DNA of 64,000 bases from Candidatus Bathyarchaeia archaeon (GTDB taxonomy: Archaea > Thermoproteota > Bathyarchaeia > Bathyarchaeales > Bathycorpusculaceae), in the NCBI GenBank assembly GCA_049514075.1, contig JBEKVK010000001.1, positions 55,297-119,296 of the forward strand, read 5' to 3'. The notes beneath the pieces are model-generated. The model ran no database searches. It was given only the letters and a program-made list of their open reading frames with translations, and was not told the DNA's origin. Shown here in pieces: positions 47,690 through 57,719 of the stretch; within the stretch, counting starts at the first letter, position 1; each line of letters opens with the position of its first letter. Made by a program: the position numbers and the translations under genes.

Positions 47690-48253
47690 ATGAGTTTATC
47701 CCCTATTAAGAAAGAAATACTGGAAACCCTGTTGCGGATCGACAAAGCATTGAAGGCTACGGATGTGGCTAAGGAAAGCGGCAAAGACTTCAAGCCTACA
47801 ATGATGCATATTTTGGGGCTCGTACGAATGGGGTACGTGAGCACTCCTGAAAAGGGGCTGTACGCCATAACTCAGAAAGGAAAAGAAGCGCTCCTGATGC
47901 CCGATTTAAGCAAGGAAAAAGCTGAGGCGATTTTGTCTTATGCGCCGCATGACAAAGCGTTCCACTTCTTCGCCGGCGTGGGAAGACCGCTCAATTTACA
48001 TGCTCACGGCATCCGGGATTTCGCAATTAAAGTTGAAAAAGCAGATTCTGAGTCCGTACTGTTTCACATGAACCGCGGCGACTTCGAAGCATGGTTCATT
48101 GGGATGGGCGACGCAGACCTAGCCAAGAAAGTGGCAGCGTTGAAAGAGAAAAACTTGGGGGCAGAGGACCTTCGCAGCCAAATCCACGAAACGGTTGAGC
48201 AACGGTACATAGAGCTAGCTAAGTTGGTAGGTCAACCCATATGTCTGGAGTAA
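47690..48253 (+). CDS. winged-helix + DUF5752-like protein
   Basis: N-terminal wHTH (YAITQKG); AFHF...FHMNRGDFEAW. Confidence 0.72.
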   Translation: MSLSPIKKEILETLLRIDKALKATDVAKESGKDFKPTMMHILGLVRMGYVSTPEKGLYAITQKGKEALLMPDLSKEKAEAILSYAPHDKAFHFFAGVGRPLNLHAHGIRDFAIKVEKADSESVLFHMNRGDFEAWFIGMGDADLAKKVAALKEKNLGAEDLRSQIHETVEQRYIELAKLVGQPICLE

Positions 48254-48502
48254 ATTTAACTTAGGTTTTTTCTGCCGGTGTCAAGCGTTTTTCCAGTTTC
48301 TACAGTTACTGCTGAATTGAGGTGTACTCAATGTCTTCAGCGGCTTAGCTTGCAGGTTAAAACTCACTATCCGCCTCAGCATGATGCCGTTACGAACCGC
48401 TTAATGGCTTGCGATTGAGAGCGGGGTATGCAATGGATCTAATTTTTCGTAAATTTGCTGGCTGACTATGGAAAAAATGAAATACGTTAGTGTCGATATG
48501 AC

Positions 48503-49024
48503 ATGCCACAGGGGAGCGCTAAATTGAGTCAAGTAAAGACAATTTCTGTGAAATTACCTGAAGCGGTCTACCAAGAGATGGCTCTGCGTATTCCAGAAGG
48601 AGACAGAAGCAACTTTATCAGAGAAGCAATAAGCGAAAAACTCGAGAAAACGCCCAAGGCCGACAAGATTTTGGCTTTGGAAGAGCGGATGGGCAAAATC
48701 GAAGGGGAGCTGGGCCAAATAAGAAAGTACCTTGCCGACTTGGAGCTTCTGACGTTTCAGCATGGAAAAACCAACCCGCATAGCTTTTGCCTAGACGAGG
48801 TTGACCACAAAATTATGGAGTACTTGATGCATTACAAGAGCGCGACCACACCGGAGTTGGCGGAGTATCTTAAAACCAACAGGTGGCTAGTGCTGAACAG
48901 GCTTAGGAGAATCCAAAAGACCTCAAGGAAACAGGCTGGCAAATCCGTCATTGAGTATTACGGTGGGGAACGGTCAGGCAAGAAGAAGGCATGGTGGATA
49001 GACGAAGAATTAATCCAGGAATAA
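48503..49024 (+). CDS. ribbon-helix-helix + wHTH regulator
   Basis: ISVKLP...RSNFIREAI, coiled coil, C-terminal HTH. Confidence 0.75.
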   Translation: MPQGSAKLSQVKTISVKLPEAVYQEMALRIPEGDRSNFIREAISEKLEKTPKADKILALEERMGKIEGELGQIRKYLADLELLTFQHGKTNPHSFCLDEVDHKIMEYLMHYKSATTPELAEYLKTNRWLVLNRLRRIQKTSRKQAGKSVIEYYGGERSGKKKAWWIDEELIQE

Positions 49025-49068
49025 ACGGCTACTTTAAATTTACTGATTTGTTTGGTTTGATGAAGTGT

Positions 49069-49147
49069 GGGCTCGTAGTCTAGTACGGATTAAGGCATCG
49101 GCCTCCGGAGCCGAGAATCCTGGGTTCAAATCCCAGCGGGCCCGCCA
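49069..49147 (+). tRNA. tRNA-Arg(CCG)
   Basis: GGGCTCG/CGGGCCC acceptor stem, TCGGC-ctCCGga-GCCGA anticodon arm, GGTTCAAATCC, CCA. Confidence 0.96.
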
Positions 49148-49293
49148 ATCTTTTGCTTGATCGAAAAATGAAAGCTTGGTTTGACGTTTCTTTCTGTCTT
49201 TGAGGCAATTCGGAAATGGGGCGAAACCTTGCCTTAGCAGCTGTTCAACTTCATTTATCGTCTAACCAGCGCTGAGTTTCAGGGTTTTCACCC

Positions 49294-49857
49294 TTACACG
49301 TCTTTACGCGAGTTTGTAATGTCGGCAAGTTTTTCTGCCCACGCTCGGATGGCGTTGAGGTCTCGTGTGTCATAGATTCCGGGATCTGTTTCTGTATAGG
49401 CAGCTTTCATTCGAGGTCTGTCTGCGTTCATTGCTTTTTTGGCAAGCCAAGGCATATTGTTGTAGTTGTAGATTCCTCCGAATAGTCCCAACGCGACGGG
49501 TTGCAGATTGTATTTTGCGGCTTTTTCTTCGAGATACTTACGCTTAGCATTTGCGGCCAGTTCAGGTTTGGTTTTGTCAGAGGCTGAGCCGCAGCAGACA
49601 AAGAGCGCAACCTTCTTTGTAGCAAGTTGCTTCTGAAATTTCTTAAGAAAGTCTTCAGGTTCGCTTGTCCACCTGTTAATTTGGATTCCGCTGCCGACGA
49701 CGATGAGTTCGTATTCAGCTATACTTTTCACTTTTTCTTTTTTTGCGTCTCTCAAATCGACCTCGAAGCCTTTTTGGAGCATAGTTTTTGCGATCTCTTC
49801 TGACGTGCTGGCTGTTGCGCCGTACCGAGTGCCGAAAACAATAAGTGCTTTACTCAT
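49294..49857 (-). CDS. flavodoxin-domain (HemG-like) protein
   Basis: GTRYGAT, VGSGI and DTRD..AIRAWA motifs. Confidence 0.85.
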   Translation of the reverse strand: MSKALIVFGTRYGATASTSEEIAKTMLQKGFEVDLRDAKKEKVKSIAEYELIVVGSGIQINRWTSEPEDFLKKFQKQLATKKVALFVCCGSASDKTKPELAANAKRKYLEEKAAKYNLQPVALGLFGGIYNYNNMPWLAKKAMNADRPRMKAAYTETDPGIYDTRDLNAIRAWAEKLADITNSRKDV

Positions 49858-50617
49858 TGGGTATCACCACCTTTCGATTGTCAGCAATGTTATACAGTTT
49901 TATCCCCACAAGAAGGTGCCAAATCATTAACAGTAAGCCTGCGCCGCCTACGAAGATGCTGGACCACAGATTGAAAATAGCCGGTGGCACAGACCCGACG
50001 CCCATGAGGTAAGCCAAGTCAAAAACACTTGCCATGATTCCCACGTATCCCGTTATGCTATAGAAGATTTTGCTCCGAAGGATTACGACAGATATTAAAA
50101 AGACAGCAATGGCAATGAGAAACATGCTTACTATGCCACCTATGCCTTGGTAGCCAGCGCCGGGGATACCTTTTGCAAGCACTGTTTGTGCAGCTGTCAG
50201 CAAAGCGGTTTTCTGCGTGGCGGTCGAGGCGCAGGTGTATTGGTTGCTGAGGGAAAGCATTTTGAATGACGTGCTTGAAACAATGTAAACAGTTATTCCC
50301 GCTAGACACATAGACGTGGCTGCTGCAGCGAAAATTCGGCTGGTTTTTCTAAACGCAAAGTAGAGAGCGACAAACATGATGCCGACCAAAGCGTAGTCAA
50401 TGATGTCAAAAAAGTTGAGGGAAATTATCCCCAGTAAACTGTTGTTCTGAAGCAGCGTGAACCAGGCAACCGCAGTTTTCGGTGCTGCGCCAAAGAACAT
50501 TGTCATTTCTGCACCCATGTTTCTTCGGAAACCCAATGCGGCAACCAAGGCAGCTATTGCGCCGATTCGATAGAGAGTTTTCCATCTTGCGTCAACGGCG
50601 ACTGATGTCTTAGTCAT
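49850..50617 (-). CDS. multi-pass membrane protein (DUF4386-like)
   Basis: about six hydrophobic helices; W..LYRIG and MLSLSNQY. Confidence 0.65.
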   Translation of the reverse strand: MTKTSVAVDARWKTLYRIGAIAALVAALGFRRNMGAEMTMFFGAAPKTAVAWFTLLQNNSLLGIISLNFFDIIDYALVGIMFVALYFAFRKTSRIFAAAATSMCLAGITVYIVSSTSFKMLSLSNQYTCASTATQKTALLTAAQTVLAKGIPGAGYQGIGGIVSMFLIAIAVFLISVVILRSKIFYSITGYVGIMASVFDLAYLMGVGSVPPAIFNLWSSIFVGGAGLLLMIWHLLVGIKLYNIADNRKVVIPNE

Positions 50618-50868
50618 GGAGTTTCTGCCTCGATTATTGTTTGTTCTGCTGTTTTGCTGATTTCGTCTTCCGTGAGGTCTATTCTCAGAGTGCCATTTTT
50701 GCCGATAACTTCTAGAATTATGCCTTCTTTGAAACTGGCTTGCACTAGCTCGCCTAAGGTGCCTTCAACTAGCACTAAATCGAAGGAGCCGTTGGTTAAA
50801 CTGATGTTTTTGAGGTGTCTTCTTGCCTTTAGTTCAATTGAGAACACATGTTCCTTGATATTTCCCAT
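50614..50868 (-). CDS. hypothetical protein
   Basis: AGGAG RBS; VEGTLG...ILEVIG..GTLRIDL; stop overlaps the next start. Confidence 0.7.
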   Translation of the reverse strand: MGNIKEHVFSIELKARRHLKNISLTNGSFDLVLVEGTLGELVQASFKEGIILEVIGKNGTLRIDLTEDEISKTAEQTIIEAETP

Positions 50869-50977
50869 GTTATTTCTCCTCAGGCTTCTTTAATCCTTCC
50901 TAACTGTGATTAGTTTTATTTGATTCAGGTGCTTAGAAGTAAGTATTGGAGCGAAAAACTCAGTATCTGGTGGAAAA

Positions 50978-51721
50978 ATGAGCAGTGATTCTGGAATCGA
51001 AAAATTGTTTTTTGAACTTGCTAGCGGAAGTCGCTTGAGTATGTTAAGAGAATTAAGATGTGAGAACCTAAAAATGCAGGAAATCGCTCGAAGACTCGAT
51101 GTCACCCCAACAGAGGCTTTTCGGCAGTTGGAACGGCTAGGTGCAGCTTCACTGGTTCATAGACAACCTGACGGCGCTTTTGCTCTTGCAGAGTTCGGCA
51201 AAATCGTGCTTCAGATTTCAGAGTCGCTGGATTTTATCTTTAGGTATAAAAGCTATTTTTCGACACATGATTTAACGCAGTTTCCAAGCCAGTTCGTGAG
51301 CAGGATAGGCGAGCTTTCAAAGGCGGTGTTGCTTATGGACACGATAGAAAGTTTGAATAAGGGTTCAAAGTGGTTTACTGAAGCGACCCAATACATTTGG
51401 GCAATAGGCGAAGGCACGATTCCTGAGTACATGATTCCTATTATGAATAGGAAGGTGGAAGCTGGAATTCAGATAAAGATGCTTATCCCAATGCAAAATG
51501 TAGCAGCGGCAATCCCGCCTGTTGCGCAGAGAAACGTTGAACTGCGGGGGTTATCTGACCTTCCCGGAGTAGTCGCCCTTACCGAGAAATATGCAGGTGT
51601 ATGCTTGCGTCAAATTGACGGAAAAATGGACTATTCAGGCTTCTATGGCACTAACTCTGACTTCCATAACTTTGTAAAAGACCTTTTTCTTTACTACTGG
51701 GAAAAAGGAAAGCGAGCTTAA
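50978..51721 (+). CDS. ArsR-like wHTH transcriptional regulator (DUF1724-like C-terminus)
   Basis: FFELAS.SRL..L HTH and terminal DLFLYYW. Confidence 0.78.
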   Translation: MSSDSGIEKLFFELASGSRLSMLRELRCENLKMQEIARRLDVTPTEAFRQLERLGAASLVHRQPDGAFALAEFGKIVLQISESLDFIFRYKSYFSTHDLTQFPSQFVSRIGELSKAVLLMDTIESLNKGSKWFTEATQYIWAIGEGTIPEYMIPIMNRKVEAGIQIKMLIPMQNVAAAIPPVAQRNVELRGLSDLPGVVALTEKYAGVCLRQIDGKMDYSGFYGTNSDFHNFVKDLFLYYWEKGKRA

Positions 51722-51791
51722 GGCAAATCCAAGGATTCGCTTAAATTCAATTTATCTATCGGAATAAAAATTTGCATATGCTAAAAATCCG

Positions 51792-54179
51792 TTATTTGCG
51801 ACGAAGCAAAAGCCGTATCTTGCTCGCAAGCTGGTATAATAGGCTGCTAATGGCGATGGCGAAAGCTGGAAAAACGGGCATTATATACCAGTAAATCTTT
51901 GTTTGTGCAAACGAGAACACTAGCAGCACGATTGCCATCCACAGAAAAATCAGTGTATCCTGTTTTAAGCGCCTAAAGAAAGTGTTGTATGCACACAGCC
52001 CCACGGCGATGGGTAGAAGAGCTAACCAAAGCCAGTTTTCGTTATGGAATAAGAAGCTAAAATAGAAGAGGTAGCCTGCAAAGTGACCCTCAAGAGTACC
52101 AGCTGACCTTGTTACATCAGCGTAGATGAAGTACCACTGCCAAAACTGATTCCCAAAACGGACGGCCATGTAGATCAGCCAAGGCGAAAAAAGCAAAATA
52201 CCAACACTCCAGAAGAGATTGAAAGCTTTCGTCAAGAGAAAACGTAGGCTCTTTCTCGTTGCAACCAAGTAAGCACCTAAGATTAGCGGAATCAACAAGG
52301 CAGCGAGCTGCTTAGTCATCAGCGCCAACCCAAAAAACAGGCCACCAAAAACCGCGTTTCGAACAACATTTTCTTTCCCTTCGCTCAGAACAAAGAAATA
52401 TATGCTTGCCAGCGCGAAGCACGTTAAAGGGACATCGGTCATTGCGTACCTTGCGAAAACGAAGTAGGTTAAGAAGGTGCCCAATACGAGAGCCGACACG
52501 AATCCGACTGGACGATTATAGAGTTTCTTTCCCAAAAAGTAAATAATAACCAAGGACATGGCACCAAATCCTGCGCTCCAAATCCTAGAGGCAAAATTCG
52601 TGACGCCGAAAACCTGGTAGCTAAGAGACATCAGCCACATCAACAATGGAGGCTTCCCAATCACGAATGATATGGCGCCGTCAACCCAAGGCGTCAAATA
52701 ATCCCCAGTTTTTACCATATGATAAGCCCATTGAGAATACGTTTGCTCATCAGCAGTTTGAAGGACGCCACTCCCCAAGTTAATGAAGAAGATCATTGAA
52801 AAAGCCAAAATCCCCAAAATGAAAACAGCGTCAGCGTGCCTCTGAAGCCAAGAGAGATTTTTCTCTGAATCGTCTCCTGGTTCATCTTTTCGGTTCTGCC
52901 TTCGAGAAAAGTAAACGTAACGAACAACTGCAAAAACTGCAAAAGCAGCAATGGTGCATGCGATGGCGTCAAACATGACAGTGGTCAAAAATATGGGGTT
53001 GGCAGGTTGCGAAACAGTGAGTTGATCCGCCGCGTTGGTTAAGGCTAAGGCGTAGACTTTGCTGTCGTCTGAACCTATGTATAAAGTGTTGTTTGCGATT
53101 GCAGGTGATGATTCTATGATATTTCCTGTCGGGTAAAGCCATTCTTTGGCGCCTGTTGTGGCGTTTAGACAGTAGATGTTGTCGTCTTGGGAGCCCACGT
53201 AAACGTTGCCGCCTGCTACTGCTGGAGAAGATGTTACCCAATATCCGGTTGCGCTCTGCCAGATTTTGCTCCCCGTTGACGAGTTAAGGCAATAGACGTT
53301 GTTGTCATCGGAGCCAAAGTAAACGCAGCCGTAAGCGACTGTTGGAGAAGATTCCACTTCATCGGCTGTTTGGTACTTCCAAGCTTGTGCGCCTGTGGAA
53401 GCATTTAGGGCGTACATATAGCCATCGTAGGAGCCAATGTAAACGAGGCCGTTGTTGACGGCGGGAGAAGAAGTGTCAGATGTCCTAAGTGGGTGAACCC
53501 AAATTTGGCGACCTGTGGACGCATCAAAAGAGTAAACGCAATCGTTGCCACTACTGATGTATACTGCCCCGTTTGAAACTGCAGGTGAAGAATCAATTGG
53601 GTTCATGTTTTGAACATTCCAAATCGTTTTCCCGTTTGTAGCGTTCAAGGCGCATAGGTTACTATGCGAACTCACGTAGACAATGTCACCGACGACTGCA
53701 GGTGAAGACCGTACTTCGCCCCCGGCAAATGTCCTCCAAAGAGGATGCCCAGTCCCAATATCAAGACAGTAAAGGTACCCGTCGTCGGCGCCGACGTAGA
53801 CACGTTGATCGTAGATTGCTGGGGAGGACCATACTTCGTACCTGATTGGGTACTTCCAAATTACTTCCCCGGTGGAACCGTTGAAACAGTAAAATTGGCT
53901 GTCTCGTGAGCCCACAACGACAAAGCCTTGTGCAAAAGATGGGGAGGACTGCACCATCCTGCCAGTTGAGTAATTCCACAGCAATTGGGCAGAATTCGCT
54001 GAAAGTGTATCCGGGTTGTAGCCGCTGTGGCTTGGGTCTTGGCGAAACATCGGCCACCCGCCGCTACTGGAACCTGTGCTACCTGAACTGCCTGAAGCCA
54101 CCGACATATCAAAGGCTTGAATTAGGCTTATTGAAATCAATGCAATTAGAAGCAAGGTGCGTTTCTGTATTGCCATCAT
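51792..54179 (-). CDS. PQQ-like beta-propeller fused to a GT39/ArnT-like (PMT-family) membrane glycosyltransferase
   Basis: signal peptide, WPMFR, repeated SSP..VYVGS.D..Y.L.A.TG..W blades; then DE, KPPL and multiple TM helices. Confidence 0.82.
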   Translation of the reverse strand: MMAIQKRTLLLIALISISLIQAFDMSVASGSSGSTGSSSGGWPMFRQDPSHSGYNPDTLSANSAQLLWNYSTGRMVQSSPSFAQGFVVVGSRDSQFYCFNGSTGEVIWKYPIRYEVWSSPAIYDQRVYVGADDGYLYCLDIGTGHPLWRTFAGGEVRSSPAVVGDIVYVSSHSNLCALNATNGKTIWNVQNMNPIDSSPAVSNGAVYISSGNDCVYSFDASTGRQIWVHPLRTSDTSSPAVNNGLVYIGSYDGYMYALNASTGAQAWKYQTADEVESSPTVAYGCVYFGSDDNNVYCLNSSTGSKIWQSATGYWVTSSPAVAGGNVYVGSQDDNIYCLNATTGAKEWLYPTGNIIESSPAIANNTLYIGSDDSKVYALALTNAADQLTVSQPANPIFLTTVMFDAIACTIAAFAVFAVVRYVYFSRRQNRKDEPGDDSEKNLSWLQRHADAVFILGILAFSMIFFINLGSGVLQTADEQTYSQWAYHMVKTGDYLTPWVDGAISFVIGKPPLLMWLMSLSYQVFGVTNFASRIWSAGFGAMSLVIIYFLGKKLYNRPVGFVSALVLGTFLTYFVFARYAMTDVPLTCFALASIYFFVLSEGKENVVRNAVFGGLFFGLALMTKQLAALLIPLILGAYLVATRKSLRFLLTKAFNLFWSVGILLFSPWLIYMAVRFGNQFWQWYFIYADVTRSAGTLEGHFAGYLFYFSFLFHNENWLWLALLPIAVGLCAYNTFFRRLKQDTLIFLWMAIVLLVFSFAQTKIYWYIMPVFPAFAIAISSLLYQLASKIRLLLRRK

Positions 54180-54543
54180 AGCAAGACACCGCCACAAGAC
54201 AATATTAAAGTAATTGGAGTTCAGCCGAAAAGTCTGCGGGTTCCGGATTTTTCCGATATTGACGTTTATGATTGTTTGTTGTTTCAAGTTAAGCCAACAA
54301 TTATTGATATCTCACCGCCGCGAATCGATAGTAAACTTTTCGAAAGTGTGAGTGCATGATTAGTTGCCAAAACTGCTGTAACAATCATGCCAAGCTTGAA
54401 AGGAAAAAATGAGAACGAAATGTTTTGCAAAGCCCTTTACAGCTGCGACAAATGCGGCTTAAAGTTCAAAGTCGCATATTAAGCAATTTCAGAGACTTTT
54501 TTTGTTCTGAAAAGAAATAAGAAAAATCGCAAATTTACATGTT

Positions 54544-56025
54544 TTAGGCGAAAAGATTCCTGATGTACTTCACAATTAGCTGCGGCTGCTCAAAAGCCGT
54601 TTTCAAGACCCTCCGAGGATTCCTAAGATGATTCCTCAAAGACAACTTTTTATATTCTTCAAGCGCCTTAGCAGCGATTTCTTTCACTTCTTCAGGGGCA
54701 AAATCCGGAGTGGAAATCAGCGGCATTCCTTTCGGTTGACGAGCCGCTGCAAAGGAGTTCCAGCCCAAGTTTTCCTGAATATATCCTTTAGACTTGCATT
54801 CTTCGTACAGTCTTGTTCCGTACGAGGGTGTAGCCATGAAAAGGTGCATACCAACGTCATAATCCCGTTTGAGTTTTAAGGCGAAATCAACTGTTTTCTG
54901 CATGTTTTCTTTCTTTTCTCCAGGAAAACCAATGATGTAGAAAGCACCCGTTTTCAGGTCAATGTCTTTGCAGATTTTCGCAACTTCAACTACGCGATTT
55001 AGGTCTAAGTTTTTGCAGATTACGTTATCTAGTATCTGCTGGTCGCCTGACTCAACTCCAAAAAAGACGCTTTTGCAACCTGACTTCTTCATTTTCTTCA
55101 GCAGATTTAAGTCTAAACAGTCAGCACGTACGCCATTTGGGGTCTCCCAACCGATCGCAGTTTTCTTCATAATCAACCCATCACAGATCGCTTCAAACCT
55201 TGCCAAGTCAAGGGTCAAGTTGTCGTCTTCAAAGAAAATGTTCTTGACATCAAATTTTTCAACCACATATTGAATGTGGTTTAAGACATAGTTTGCAGAG
55301 TGCGCTCTGAACCCCTTGCCCATGTGAAGGTGAACTGAGCAGAAGCAGCAGTTGAACGGGCAGCCTCTACTGGTCACCATTGATATGGCTCGTTTTCTGA
55401 AGCTTCGGTAGCCTATTTTTTTGGGATTCAGGTACTTCTCCATGTCTACTAAATCATAGGCTGGGTAAGGAAGGTCATCCAGATTTTTGATGAAATCTCT
55501 CGAAGGGTTTACTTTGACTTCTCCATTTTGGCGAAAGGCAATGCCTAGAATTTCATTTAAAGTTTTTTTTCCTTCAAAAAAGGCTGCTATTTCAGGCATG
55601 ACGTATTCGCCTTCGCCTGCTACAGCGATGTCAACGCTTTTTGCCTCTTCCAGAAACCCTTTCTGGACAGTAGTGACATGAGGGCCACCTACAACCGTTA
55701 AAATATCTGGATTAAGCTCTTTGGCTAAATCGCTAATTTTAACCGAGTTTTCTATTTGGCAAGTGAACGGCCCCGCTATTCCTAAAACATCGGGTTTTCG
55801 ACTATCTATTTCACGTTTTATCTGCTCAAATGACATGCCTACGTTTACGGTTTCGCCGTTTCTTTGGAATAAACCGTCAGCCATGAAGGCATCAAAAATC
55901 TCGGTTTGATAACCTGATTTGATAAGCATTGCGGCGATGTACATTAATCCGAGAGGCAGATTACCAGCTGGTGGTTCCGAGCCGGCATAAAAGGTCTGCG
56001 GCGGATTTATGAGAACTATTTTCAT
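54544..56025 (-). CDS. cobalamin-binding radical SAM protein
   Basis: PLGLMYIAA, VGGPH and SRGCPFNCCFC motifs. Confidence 0.92.
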   Translation of the reverse strand: MKIVLINPPQTFYAGSEPPAGNLPLGLMYIAAMLIKSGYQTEIFDAFMADGLFQRNGETVNVGMSFEQIKREIDSRKPDVLGIAGPFTCQIENSVKISDLAKELNPDILTVVGGPHVTTVQKGFLEEAKSVDIAVAGEGEYVMPEIAAFFEGKKTLNEILGIAFRQNGEVKVNPSRDFIKNLDDLPYPAYDLVDMEKYLNPKKIGYRSFRKRAISMVTSRGCPFNCCFCSVHLHMGKGFRAHSANYVLNHIQYVVEKFDVKNIFFEDDNLTLDLARFEAICDGLIMKKTAIGWETPNGVRADCLDLNLLKKMKKSGCKSVFFGVESGDQQILDNVICKNLDLNRVVEVAKICKDIDLKTGAFYIIGFPGEKKENMQKTVDFALKLKRDYDVGMHLFMATPSYGTRLYEECKSKGYIQENLGWNSFAAARQPKGMPLISTPDFAPEEVKEIAAKALEEYKKLSLRNHLRNPRRVLKTAFEQPQLIVKYIRNLFA

Positions 56026-56267
56026 TGATGGTTACCAATAATTATAGAGCTGACTTCTTTGAAATATTTAAATTAACTCATTTACTTATTTGTCATAATA
56101 CCTTTTTGGAATCATCCATTTCCCATTTATTTCTTCATAGACGAAAAACAGATACTAAGACTTATAGTTTGTATGTTGCAGTTATGCAACAACCACATAA
56201 GTTTATGAGCGGTTGTTTGGCTTTTTATATTATTAACTTTTGCTCGGTTCTAATGGAGGTGACGTTT

Positions 56268-56582
56268 TTGAGTATGCGTGAGGAAAAGAAGGGCAAAATG
56301 ACTGTCGCTGAGGCAGGAAGGAAAGGTGGAGAAAAAACCGCTTCGACTCATGGCCGAGAATTTTATGAACAAATCGGTCGAAAAGGCGGCGAGAAGGTTT
56401 CTGCGGAACGAGGTCCAGAGTTTTACAGTGAGATAGGTAGCAAAGGCGGGTCTGAAAGAGCCAAACAGCATGAAGGAACAAATGAAGCAATGGGGAAAAC
56501 AAGTCTTGAAGAAGCAGGACACAGAGGCGGGCAAAGAGTCCGAAGGTTGATCCAAGCAGGCAAGGAACATGAAGAGGAGTAA
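56268..56582 (+). CDS. KGG-repeat (Em/GsiB/LEA group 1-like) hydrophilic stress protein
   Basis: EAGRKGG...EFY.EIGRKGG repeats; GGAGGTGA RBS at 56255 (start TTG 56268 or ATG 56274). Confidence 0.88.
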   Translation: MSMREEKKGKMTVAEAGRKGGEKTASTHGREFYEQIGRKGGEKVSAERGPEFYSEIGSKGGSERAKQHEGTNEAMGKTSLEEAGHRGGQRVRRLIQAGKEHEEE

Positions 56583-56663
56583 AAGTCAAATTTTTCCAAA
56601 TTATTTTTTGTCAGTTCCACCCTGAACATTTTGTTTTCATTTATTTTTTAGGAGGTGAAATAG

Positions 56664-56852
56664 TTGTCCCAGGAAAAAGGCAAAATGACGGTCGAAGAGG
56701 CTGGAAGAAAAGGTGGACTGCGTACATCTGAGACCCATGGGGAAAAGTTCTATAGCGAAATAGGCCGGAAAGGCGGAAAAATAGGTGGGCCAAAAGGGGG
56801 ACAAAGAGTGCGTAATCTCATTCAGGCGGGAAAAGAGCATGAGCAAGAATAA
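56664..56852 (+). CDS. KGG-repeat stress protein paralogue
   Basis: GKMTVEEAGRKGG...FYSEIGRKGG; GGAGGTGA RBS. Confidence 0.85.
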   Translation: MSQEKGKMTVEEAGRKGGLRTSETHGEKFYSEIGRKGGKIGGPKGGQRVRNLIQAGKEHEQE

Positions 56853-57021
56853 ATAAATGCAGTTGTTCGATCTTTTTGATTGTTATAAGTACTCTTGAAT
56901 TTCGGGGTGGTTTTCCATTAAAACAGTGCTTAAACCCTGTTTTCGAACAAAAGAATTGTTTGGATTCATGGTAATGGTTTTTCGATATTCAAGTTTGTTC
57001 CTGTAGTTGGAGGTGATACAT

Positions 57022-57207
57022 TTGGCCAAAGAGAAAAGAAAAGGGAAGATGACGGTTCAAGAAGCAGGACGCTTGGGCGGAGAAAAAACCGCTCAAACCC
57101 ATGGACGCGAATTCTATAGTGAAATAGGCAGCAAGGGCGGGCAAACGGTTCGCAGGCTTATTCGGGAAGGAAAGGAACACGAAGACGAGACAACAATTAA
57201 TATTTAG
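57022..57207 (+). CDS. KGG-repeat stress protein paralogue
   Basis: GKMTVQEAGRLGG...FYSEIGSKGG; GGAGGTGA RBS, TTG 57022. Confidence 0.85.
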   Translation: MAKEKRKGKMTVQEAGRLGGEKTAQTHGREFYSEIGSKGGQTVRRLIREGKEHEDETTINI

Positions 57208-57338
57208 CGTTTTGTAGGACCCGTTAAAGGGTAGGAGGTGAAACAACGGATAGTCAAAATGTCTTAAAACACAGAGGAACCAGTAAAAGGAGTGGAACGA
57301 GGCGCCAATACACAAGCAGAGCGGGAAAATCCGGTCAC

Positions 57339-57533
57339 GTGAGCCCAGCTATCGTTGAAAAATACCTCGCGGGCATTCATTTCCCGGCTGAAAAAAAGAA
57401 CCTGATAGATAAGGCATCGGACAAAAAAGCGCCGGACAATGTGATAGACATGTTGAAAAGGCTGACGGATAAAACCTACAGGTCGCCGATTGACATAACT
57501 AAAGAAATGGGAAAATCGAGTAAAGCAACCTGA
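57339..57533 (+). CDS. DUF2795 domain protein
   Basis: YL.GI.FPA.K..L..A...AP..V...L..L....Y.SP.D pattern. Confidence 0.78.
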   Translation: MSPAIVEKYLAGIHFPAEKKNLIDKASDKKAPDNVIDMLKRLTDKTYRSPIDITKEMGKSSKAT

Positions 57534-57719
57534 AAAACCAGTTTTCTTTGCTTAATTTTCTAAAGTTTCCCACTTCGGAACTATATCAGACTGTCAACTG
57601 AAGCTAAGGAAGAGATAATTTCGTCCCGTTTGAATAACATAGTTTCCTTCACACTTAACCCGCGTTCCTTTAGATACCAGATAAAAATATTGAAATAGTA
57701 TCCAGCCGCATTTTGTCTT

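Noticed and set aside
48309-48343. Intergenic hairpin (GCTGAA-TTGAG...CTCAA..TTCAGC) as an ncRNA
   Set aside because: Single imperfect stem with no recognisable family motif.
49069-51721. Genomic island at tRNA-Arg
   Set aside because: No integrase, no tRNA 3' duplication and no obvious compositional shift.
56025-56267. N-terminal extension of the first KGG protein in the ORF track
   Set aside because: AT-rich promoter region; the strong RBS at 56255 indicates a later start.
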